This document shows positions 52,709 to 64,000 of a stretch of 64,000 nt of DNA, in pieces. The stretch lies in assembly GCF_009914755.1 (NCBI RefSeq), contig NC_060926.1, one strand, 5' to 3'. The notes below the pieces were generated by a model. That model had not been told where the DNA came from. It did not search any database and was given only the letters and a program-made list of their open reading frames with translations. The stretch's first letter is position 1. Every line of letters starts with the position of its first letter. The translations under genes were made by a program, and so were the position numbers. This DNA is from the human T2T-CHM13v2.0 reference genome, Homo sapiens.

Positions 52709-54459
52709 TGACCTCAGGTGATCCACCCGCCTCGGCCTCTTAAAGTGCTGGGATTACAGGTGTGAGCCACCATGCCCGGCCTAGGATTGTGGTAGTTTTA
52801 TTATAAAAATTTGCGAGGTTTATTTCTTTCCCCTTATGTAACTTTATGCAACTTGAAATTGATTAAAACAGACAAATGTGAAGTAATTTCACAGATGCTA
52901 TTAGTTGTAATTACTTTAAAAGACCCCATACAGGCTTCTGGCCAAAGATTGTATATCCAGTATTTAGGAGAAAGATAAGAAAGGGGGACACACATCTGTT
53001 TGGAGGAAGACAGTTAAGTTGATTATCCATAGAACCACCATTGACTTTGCTTTACATGGTTTCTGGGTTAGCATGTAAATTTGTTCTGGAGTGACTAAAA
53101 TTGTAGATCTTTTTGTTGAATAACAGTGTAATTTAATATAATCCTGATGTAATATTCTGTAATTAGACTTGGGTAATGTGGAAGGCAGCAAATTGCTTTT
53201 CAAGATATCTAGCCTCAAGAGATTTTGCTGAAGCAGATACTAAGCTGTTCTTTCAGGCATTTGGAGTATGAAGATTTTGAAGCTTACTTGATTAGTGGAC
53301 TCAAAAACAGAAACTGCTACTTTTTATGGGATATCTATCAAGATTTTTAAATTATTAAATTATAAACCTTCAATATTTCATTAGATTAGGTGTAGTCATT
53401 AATTTTCTTCTGTCTAGGTGGGTAAACTAAATGATGGATGATGCAGAATTGTAATCCTTTTAGTCAGGTGATAAATAGTGCTTAATTCATTCCTATATAC
53501 ATTAAACTATGTGCAAAGTATTGTGCTAAGTATTGAGGGGAATATACAGATGAGGAAAACACTGTGTATTTCTCAACATCTAGCTAAATGATGAGAATTG
53601 AAAGCAAAATAAAAGCCTAATGAATGAGTTGTAATAGGATATAACAGTTACTAGAATATAACAGCTTTTAAGTTAGGAGTAGGAAATATTTCCACAAGCA
53701 GAATAAGGGGTTCTATATAGGAAGAACAACATTAAGACATGTAAGTATAGAAATGTGTGTTGAGTCCAAGGATACCAAGGTCACTGTGAACCATGTGAGA
53801 TAAGATGATAAAGGGGACCTGATAGTCAAGAATGCTGACACATATGGGCTTTATTTTGTGGTGAGCAGGGAGCCAGTGAAAAAGTTTTAATTGGGCAAGT
53901 GACATAAGCTCAGATTTATATTTAGAAAGAGTTTTTTTGTTTGTTTGTTTTTTGTTTTGAGGCAAGGTCTGGCTCTATTGCCCAGGCTGGAGTGCAGTGT
54001 GGTGTGATCTGGGCTCATTGCAACTTCCTCCTCCCAGGCTGAAGCCATCCTCCCACCTCAGCCTCCTGAGTAGTTGAGAATACAGATGTGCACCAGCACA
54101 CCCAGTGAATTTTTGTATTTTTTGTAGAGATGGGGTTTCGCCATGTTGCCCAGGCTGATCTTGAACTCATGTGCTCAAGCCATCCACCCGCCATGGCCTT
54201 CCAAAGTGCTGGGATTACAGGTGTGAGCCACAACGCCCAGTCTAGAAAGAGAATTTCTTTAATAGTGTGAAGCATGAACTGTTTCAGTGTAGCTGCCAAA
54301 CCATGTCACTCTGCAGTGTTTCAGGTGGGTTTACTTACAGGTGAGGAGACCATATGGAGCCACCCACTCTTACCTCTGGTAAGGTTTGATTAAATTTCTG
54401 ATTTCCTTAGCCAACTATACAGAATCTCTCTCTGAGGGAGAAGTGGACAGGAGAAAAAT

Positions 54460-55423
54460 AGGAGGAAGCAAGGGAGTGGGCTGCTGGGCGTGTTGGGCTT
54501 GAGAACGAGTAAGGGGTGGTGGTAGGGAGGACTCAGAGTCGGAGGGGGGATGGTTGGAGAGGGGGGAAGAGAGAGGTAGAGTGGAGCAGAGGCATATGGT
54601 GGGGGGTCATGCTGTTCGGTGGAGGATTAGGATGTTGTCGAGGAGGGGAGAAATCAGCCAGATCAAAGGAGGAGAAGTCGTCGGCTAGGGCTGTTGGGGT
54701 GAGGGAAGCAGGAGGTGAGTCTGGTTTGGAGCGGGTGAGGAGAATTTGGAAAGTAGAACCAGACTGACAGAGGGAAGGGCAGTTACAGTGAGTGAAGAAA
54801 GCCTGAACATAAGGAATCTCAGACCATTTCCTATTGCGATGGCAAAAGTTGTAAAGTCCCGTTTCAGGCTATTGGGAGCCATTGTCCAGTTGGTATTGGG
54901 GCCATGCAGTATTGCAGTGAAAGATAAGCCTCTTAAAACAGATCTCTGAACGGAGGCCGAGAGCATTGAGATCACGGAATGGAGGAGCAGTGGGTAGAGG
55001 AAGAAGAGACTGTCGGTGACGAAGACTACAGGAGAGGGCGTCCCCTTTCCCGTGGAACTTGTCTGGAATAGAGGAGGTAACTGCTGTATCAGGCGTCCCT
55101 GAAGCAGAGGAACCAGAGGCCTGGAGGCCGGAGGAAGCCCTTGGCCGAGTGCTGGGTCTTTCAGAAATGGAGAGACAGACGGTCAAGGGTTCCGGGGGCA
55201 AGGCAACAGTCTCTTCACTCACCCTGGTGGAGGCTTTGATGCATTGATGGTGGATGAAGTCGCCAGCAATGGGAGAGTCTAGGAGATTCTCTGGGTCTTT
55301 GGCAGGTTTGGGGAAAGGGAGATTGGCAGGGAGAGGGGTGTTAGGGGAGGGAGAGAGTGGGGGAGAGAGAGAGTGAGAGTGAGTCCCGGCCAGAGTCTGT
55401 CTGCTTCCTGGGTTTTGGCACCA
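54460..55423 (-). pseudogene. Truncated HERV-F-group internal region: tRNA-Phe PBS, leader and decayed gag
   Basis: PBS TGGTGCCAAAACCCAGGA (55406-55423, minus); gag-like translation LRSEICFKRLIFHCNTAWPQYQLDNGSQ*PETGLYNFCHRNRKWSEIPYVQAFFT with an in-frame stop. Confidence 0.85.
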
Positions 55424-55426
55424 TAA

Positions 55427-55866
55427 TGTAAGGTTAGCAGAGAGAAAGGACGAGAGGGAGACCTGAGGTCAGGCGAGGAAGTTTACTAACCTGCCGGCTG
55501 CTCCATCACAGACAGAGGAGGCAGCACCAAGCTTATGGAATGAGGGGTTTATATTGGGGAGGGGAGTTTGAGGGAGTTCTTTGGTATGGCTGCATCCCGG
55601 GGTTGTTTGCTGGTTAATTTTGCCACATATCACCTTGTGACGTTTATTACAGGAGGGTGTAGGTAAAGTTTGTTTATGCTTCCTACGACCTCCCCCTGTG
55701 GGGTCTGGATGGTTTGTAATTGGGGTTTGCTTATCGCAGCAAGGTCTGATAAGTGAAGTCTGCTGGCTTCACCGTGGAGCCTAGACAAGGGCTTAGAAAT
55801 GTAAAGAGGTTTGGGGGAAGGGTGGGCAGCACCAAGAAGCTTTCTTGGGGCAGTTTGTCCTTAACA
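55427..55866 (-). mobile_element. 5' LTR of the HERV-F-group provirus (LTR46/HERV-Fc-like; subfamily tentative)
   Basis: 440 bp with TG...CA termini; TATA-like CCAATATAAA on the minus strand near 55550; PBS 3 nt downstream. Confidence 0.8.
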
Positions 55867-56055
55867 GTAGGACTTGCCTGCTGTCTCATTTTAATGTCTC
55901 TCTGGGCCTCATAATTTAAAAGGACTCACATTCCTCAAAGTTATTTTCTTTTCTCAGTATTACTATTTTAAAATCTTGCTGTGTGGTAAAGTGTTAGTTA
56001 CATTATTCTTTCAGGAAAACTATTTACATTAGGGATGTGTATTTAGATCCACTGA

Positions 56056-56373
<318 letters not shown>

Positions 56374-56586
56374 TGATCTGCCTGCCTCGGCCTCCTGAAT
56401 TGTTGGGATTACAGGTGTGAGCCACTGCGTCTGGCGAGTTAGTGTTTTTTAAATTAAACATATTAATTTGCGTAAATAGTGTACAAGTAAGATTGTCCCC
56501 TTTGTGAGGTTAGATTTTAGTTATTTGTCTTTGAGAGCCATATCCAGCTACAGTGGAATATACTTTCAGACATAGTGATGATAATC

Positions 56587-57942
<1,356 letters not shown>

Positions 57943-58734
57943 GGTTTTGTTTTGTTTTGAGACTGAGTTTCACTCTTGTTGCCCAGGCTGGAGTGCAATG
58001 GCTCACTGCAACTTCTGCCTCCTGGGTTCAAGTGATTTACCTGTCTCCGCCTCTCGAGTAGCTGGGATTACAGGCGCATGCCACCACGCCTGGCTAATTT
58101 TTATTTTTTTAGTAGAGATGGGGTTTCATCATATTGGTCAGGCTGGTTTCAAACTCCTGACCTCAGGTGATCTGCCCTCCTCAGCCTCCTGAAGTGCTTG
58201 GATTACAGGTGTTAGCCACTGTGCCTGGCCAGTTTTTTTTTTCTTAAAGACCAGTGTGATAGTAACCTTTTGTAATTTTTAATTAACAAATTATATAAAA
58301 AGTAAGCAATATAAAGCAGGGAGCTATTTATTTATTTATTTATTTTGAGACAGAGTTTCCCTCTGTTGCCTAGCCTGGAGTGCAGTGGTACAATCTCGGC
58401 ACATTACGACCTCCGCCTCCTAAGTTCACAATTCTCGTGCCTCAGCCATCTGAGTAACTGGGATTACAGGCATGTGCTACCATGCCTGGCTAATTTTTGT
58501 ATTTTTAGTAGAGACAGGGTTTCACTTCATTGCCCAGGCTGTTCTCAAACTCCTGGACTCAAGTGATCCGCCCACCTTAGCCTCCTAAAGTGCTGGGATT
58601 ACAGGTGTGAACCACCATGCCCGGCCCAGGGAGCTATTTAATATCTATTTTCAGTATCCTAAAGAGCTAAGCGTACATTTTTCAGTTTCGGAAAAGGAAT
58701 TTGTCACATATTGACATTCTCAGGAATACAACCT

Positions 58735-60203
58735 TTATAGGACATGCTACCCCAAAATGTTGTACCTTGACATATTTTTTTTATTTTTAAGGGTGGTCAA
58801 GTGAAGCAGTGGGAATGGAGAAGGAACAAATAAATTTGTAACTGGTTGTGATAAGCTATAAACCAGCCTTGAATATTTTTTAGGCTAAAGGCATTTGAGA
58901 AAATAGCCAAAGCAGTAAGGTCTCTCACACCTTTTCCTGCCCTAGTCCCCTGAAACAGGTCATAAAAACCTTTCAAGGATTTTCTGACCTCTTGAAGCAG
59001 GTCCCAAGATCCTCATCTGAAATGTCAATCTTAAAAAAAGGATACTAGAGAAAACTATGTCTATACATGTTGTGTTTACTCAGGAATAGAAATAAGGATT
59101 ATAACCTGGAATGCAAGGAATGGCAAGCCACCAGTGCATTCCATGAGGGAAGGGTAAGGGAAGCTTTTATTAGCAAAAGAGATTTACATAAGCTGCTTAG
59201 GAGCGGAGTTCATTGGTTCCAGAGGTTCAAAGCCAGAGTTATTATCAGTTCATTGGTGGAGATGCCCTTACTGGGCAAGTGTTCTTCTGAAAACATTTTA
59301 TCTGAATTACATGTCCGAGATAACTGTTTCCAGTTCAATAATTATTTGAATTACTGCAGTCCTAAAGAATGTCTAGTGATAAACCTTATCAAAGCAGGAG
59401 ATGTGTGAAGGACACAGAATGACTTTCAGAAAGTCCTTGGAAACTGTTCTTATCTCACAAGCATGGGCCTCCTCTTCTTTGGGCGTTCCCGGCTCTATTT
59501 TGTCGGGGTCTAGCAAAAGTTAATTTCATCTTGCTATCTGCAACTTTCACAGAGAGGTGCCCTTCTTATACCTAGAAGAAAGGAACATCTCTCACTCTGA
59601 AGACACATAGACACCAAGAAGAGTCTCAGCAAATGGGCCTTAATACATTTCCCCTAGTTTATTACCATTATATCATACTCTTTTGCCCTATCATATTTCT
59701 CCACGACTCTCCTCTCTCCATCAAACCTAGCATAACAATATTCAGGTTCAACTGTTTCTTCAGGTCTACACTTCCTTATGAAAGCTCTTGTGTCATATAC
59801 AACTTAAATTTGTAAGGCCAGGTGCACTGGCTCACACCTGTAATCCCAGCACTTTGGGAGCCCAAGGCAGGAGGATCACTTGAGCCCAGGAGTTCAAGAC
59901 CAGCCTAAGCAACATAATGAGACCTGGTCTTTACAAAAAATTAGTTGGGTATGGTGGTGCATGTCTGTAGTCCCAGCTTTTCTGGAGGCTAAGGTGGGAG
60001 GATCACCTGAGCCTGGGAGGACAAGGCTGTAGTGAGCTAGTGAGCTGTGATTGTACCACTGGACTCCAGCCTGGGTGACAGAGCCAGACCCTGTCTCAAA
60101 AAAAAAAAAAGTATGCTTTTCTTTTGTTCACCTGTTTTTTATCATAAGGGACTCAGCCATAAACCTAAGATGGGGGGAGGGAAAGATATTTTTCCTCCCC
60201 TAC
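58735..60203 (+). mobile_element. MER34/MER39-group LTR hosting a Y3 pseudogene, a nested LTR (59023-59551, minus) and an Alu
   Basis: gctaccccaaaat...aaaggcatttgag...aaacctaagatgggggagggaaagatatttttcctcccctaca; inner element has TG...CA ends. Confidence 0.65.
58789..58868 (-). pseudogene. Y3 RNA (RNY3) processed pseudogene with an internal 5' deletion
   Basis: Minus strand GGCTGG...ATCACAACCAGTTACAAATTTATTTGTTCCTTCTCCATTCCCACTGCTTCACTTGACC matches recalled hY3; A tail at 58775-58788; imperfect TSD ttga(c)atatttt. Confidence 0.85.
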
Positions 60204-60780
60204 AACCTTTTCTGTGTAATTATGCCCAGATTTATGAAAAGTCCAGGTGACTGCTATTGAGGTTCAGTAAAAGGAGAAATTCTCTGAGAGGGGGAAGCCA
60301 GCTGACTGCCAGGACAGTCAGTCTTTGGTTGGCAGAACTTGTAAAGTGATCAGGATTCTGCATTGATACTTTATAAACCTCTTTTGCTCTGGCATCCAGA
60401 ACTGATTAGTCTCTAAGAGAGTGATCCAAAGAGACTTCTAAGGCCGGTCATGGTGGCTCATGCCTGTAATACCAGCACTTTGGGAGGCCGAGGCAGGCGG
60501 ATCATGAGGTCAGGAGTTCAAGACCAGCCTGGCCAACATGGTGAAACCCCATCTCTACTAAAAATACAAAAATTAGCCAGGCGTGGTGGCACGTGCCTGT
60601 AATCTCAGCTACTCAGGTGGCTGAGGCAGTAGAATTTCTTGAACCTGTGAGGCGGAGGTTGCAGTGAGCCGAGATAATGCCATTGCACTCTATCCTGGGT
60701 GACAGAGCAAGACTCCGTCTCGGAAAGAAAATAATAAAAAATAATGAGACTTCTAAGAGACTATTGGATAAACCACAGGG

Positions 60781-60783
<3 letters not shown>

Positions 60784-60827
<44 letters not shown>
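60784..60827. repeat. (TG)22 microsatellite in COMMD1 intron 1 (sense UG)
   Basis: Direct reading. Confidence 0.95.
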
Positions 60828-60829
<2 letters not shown>

Positions 60830-62150
60830 TGAGTGTTTGAGCTCACCTATCCACCAGAATTATTTGTATCCATCATTTAAGATACCTTTTTTAGATGTTA
60901 TGTCACCTGGAATACTAAGATAATAGTTGGAAGGTTGCTTGATAGGCATGGAATTGAAGCTGAGGCAACTGAGGTAGTGTGTGTCTTTGGGGCTCTTGGT
61001 GGAAGAAACAAGTTTCAGATATGATAAGTGTTAGATTAATTAGGTTCACACTGCCTAGGTATGCTAACTCAGACTGAAGCTGTGAGGTTTCTCAGTGGCT
61101 CCATAGCCAATTATATATGCTCGAACTCATGGCTTATTGTGACTGTCAAATATGTAATTAACATTCAGCTTATACACAGGCAGTAATTAAAGAAGGATAG
61201 GCTGGGTATGGGGGCTCGTGCCTGTAATCCTCGCACTTTGGGAGGCTGATGCAGGAGGATCACTTGTGGTTAGGAGTTCGAGACCAGCCTGGCCAACTTG
61301 ATGAAACCCCATCTCTACAAAAAATAGAAAAATTAGCCGGGTGTGGTGGTGCGTGCCTGTAGTCCTAGCTACTCAGGAGGCTGAAGTGAGAGGGTCACTT
61401 GAACCCAGGAGGTAGAGGTTGCAGTGAGCCAAGATCATGCCACTGCACTCCAACCTGGGTAACAGAGTGAGACCTTGTCTCAAAAAAATAAATAAAAATA
61501 AAATAAGGGAGGGTAATGGACCACAGAGATGGCTTGGGAAACCAATATGCTGATAGACAAGTTGAATGGGTCTGGAAGTCCTTTGGATGCTGATCACATA
61601 GTAGCGTTGCTGCTGCTTTTTGGCAAAGCCTTCAGTGGCAGCCGCCAAAGTTGGAAGAAGACCTCAAAGTTCTCATGGGCAGAGCCTCTAAAGGTGTCTT
61701 GGACTAGCCTTATTCTTGCTGCTTTTATGATCCTCCTCAGATTGGTCTATTCTTCATTATCTCAGCCTTGTTTCACTTTTTATGAGTTCATTTCAGGTGT
61801 TGGATGGTAATGGGCAACAGCAGGTGCTATATTATTACCTTAGTCCATTACCTATATGTTTATGGCTTTGAGGGGGTGAACAGCTTTACTGTGGGCTCAC
61901 TGCTACTTGACATAAGTGACTTCATTTTGAGACATTAGAATCACAAATTATGGTATATCAGTAAGGATATTGGAGACTTGGTTGACAATTGGGTAAAATT
62001 CCAGAAGGCTTAGTGAAAAATGTTAGTTTCCGTTAGGAAAGACAGCTTTGAGGAATGAGAATTTTGAGAAGATACGTACCAAAGGAACTTTGCATTTGAG
62101 GATGGTAGTTGCAGGATTTCTATCCCAGTTGTGTGCCTCTGAGACTTTGA

Positions 62151-62366
<216 letters not shown>

Positions 62367-62821
62367 TAACAGTAATGTCTAAATCTGCAAAGTTCTTTGG
62401 ATAAAATGTATACAAAAGGCACAAGTGGATTTATAAATCCAGTACTTCCATTCATGGCATTTCCTTGCTGTTATTTCAGTTGTCTGAATTGCCAAGAGAT
62501 TCAGATACCACTTATGTTTTACAGACCCCTTGATAGTAAAACAGGCAGCTATATTCTGTGCTTGGAGCTCAAATGAGATGTGTAAATAAAAGAACCATTG
62601 GCTTTATATTCTTTTTTTGTTTTTTGTTTCTTTCATTTCTTGGTTCACCATATACATAGGAGAGGTTGACACTATGTCTAAGGAGTGAAGAAAGAAGAAG
62701 TGAATAAGTGCTATGGTTTGAGTGTGTTCTCCAGATTTCATATGTTGGAAACTTAATCCCCAGATTTATGTGTTGATTGGTGGTGGGGTCTTTGGGAGGT
62801 AATTAGGATTAGAAAAGGTCA

Positions 62822-63685
62822 TGGTAAGATGGGATAATTCCCTTGACCCCCTTGCTGGACTTGTGACAGGGGTGTGGCTTGTTTACTTGGCTGCCGTGTG
62901 CCCAAACCCCTTGCATGAGGGAGCACATGAGCGAGTGCAGGAACGAGAGCAAATGAATGCTGGAAGCAGCCCAGTTGATCCTCTCTGGCAGGAGTAGGTT
63001 CTGTGTGGACCCCGTAGCAGCATCCAAGCGTGTTACAACCAGTGCTCTTTCAGCTCTCCTGTCCAGGGATGACCAAGTGCCAACCAGCTCAGTGGAGGGT
63101 CAGAGTGGCAGCTCCTGCCCTCTCGGCACCTGGGTTCTTGTCTGGCATCTGGGAAGAATCAGGTCACACAAACAGATTGAAGGGTAGTATATGTGGAGGA
63201 TTTTACTGGGCAATGGAAGTGGCTCTCAGTGGGATGGGGAGTTGGAAAGGGGATTGTGTGGGAAGAAGGTGATGTTTCCCTGAAGCCCAGCTGTCTCTGG
63301 CTGGGCCCCTCTCCAAAGCTGCACATCTGAAATTAGCCGCATTTATCCATCGTCTCTGATGCTCAGTTTCTTCTCTGCTTGCCACTCAGCTGCTTGTATC
63401 CACAATGCTCAGCCGCTTGTATCCACATTGCTCAGCTGCTTGTATCCCCATTGCTTAGCCGCTTGTATCCCTGATGCTTAGCTGCTGGTATCCCTAACAC
63501 TCAGCTGCTTGTGTTGCTCTGCCAGCTGAAGTGTTTTTTTCAGGGTGGCAGGGGTGTGGGGGGTAAGGACGTGGCAGGCCAAAAAGTCAACATTTGGGCA
63601 GAAAACTGGGTCAGCTGTTTTCACTTAGTGCAGAGGTTCCAGGCTTAAGGGTGGGGTTTAGCCGGAGCCCAGCCCTTATGTATCA
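62822..63685 (-). mobile_element. ERV1 LTR, LTR27/MER52-group, with an internal 23-bp tandem repeat
   Basis: Minus strand starts TGATACATAAGGGCTGGGCTCCGGCTAAACCCCACCCTTAAGCCTGGAACC and ends CA. Confidence 0.7.
63385..63513. repeat. 23-bp tandem repeat, about 5.6 copies (CTYAGCYGCTTGTATCCNNNNNN)
   Basis: Units start at 63385, 63408, 63431, 63454, 63477 and 63500. Confidence 0.93.
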
Positions 63686-64000
63686 ATGTAGGGGTGAGCC
63701 ATGATGGGCCTGGTGGCTTTATAAGAAGAGAAAGAGAGACCTGAGCTGCCATGCTTTTCCCACACGTGATACCCTCTGCCATGATATGACATAGTAGTAA
63801 GAAGGCTCTCACCAGGTACAGCCCCTCAACCTTGGACTTTGCAGCTTCCAAAACTGTGAGCTAAATACCCAGTCTCAGGTATTCAGTTATAGTAAAAGAA
63901 AATGAACAAAGACAACAAGCAACTTTTGTTTTTCTTTTTTTCTTTTTTTTGAGATGGAGTTTCGCTCTTGTTGCCAAGGCTGGAGTGCAATGGTGTGATC

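Larger units (their letters stand above)
62709..63914 (+). mobile_element. MST (MaLR) LTR split by a nested ERV1 LTR
   Basis: Starts tgctatggtttgag; resumes at 63686 with ggctttataagaagag...cccagtctcaggtattcagttatag...aagaca. Confidence 0.75.

Noticed and set aside
54516-55247. Plus-strand ORFs over the ERV interior
   Set aside because: Antisense frames of the decayed gag and leader; the retroviral motifs are on the minus strand.
61505-61830. Possible ribosomal-protein (RPL24-like) processed pseudogene
   Set aside because: Only compositional resemblance; no convincing peptide match, poly-A or TSD.

Overview
Primate (most likely human, 2p15) genomic DNA with about 90 Alu copies or fragments by eye. 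The minus strand carries coding exons 1-12 of CCT4 (TRiC/CCT delta subunit). They splice via GT-AG boundaries into an intact 497-codon frame, and the final exons lie left of the window. The plus strand carries coding exon 1 of COMMD1 (35837-36016) and about 28 kb of its first intron. The CCT4 CpG-island promoter has a perfect four-unit heat-shock element and plus-strand splice donors, consistent with a divergent upstream COMMD1 first exon. Other repeats include L1/L2/MIR fragments, hAT/Tigger MITEs, several ERV1/MaLR LTRs (some nested), a truncated HERV-F-group provirus (LTR, tRNA-Phe PBS, decayed gag) and a Y3-RNA pseudogene. I found no prokaryote-type or wholly new gene system. The most unusual signal is a set of local, non-transposon duplications of different ages: a 100%-identical 166-bp displaced copy bracketed by two perfect hairpins, two inverted copies of about 110-120 bp, and a 115-bp tandem copy. 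They look like footprints of repeated templated (snap-back/template-switch) break repair. Also notable are a (UG)22-linked candidate poison exon before CCT4 exon 3 and a 16-bp minisatellite born inside an Alu. Repeat subfamily names come from memory of consensus sequences and need RepeatMasker/Dfam confirmation.
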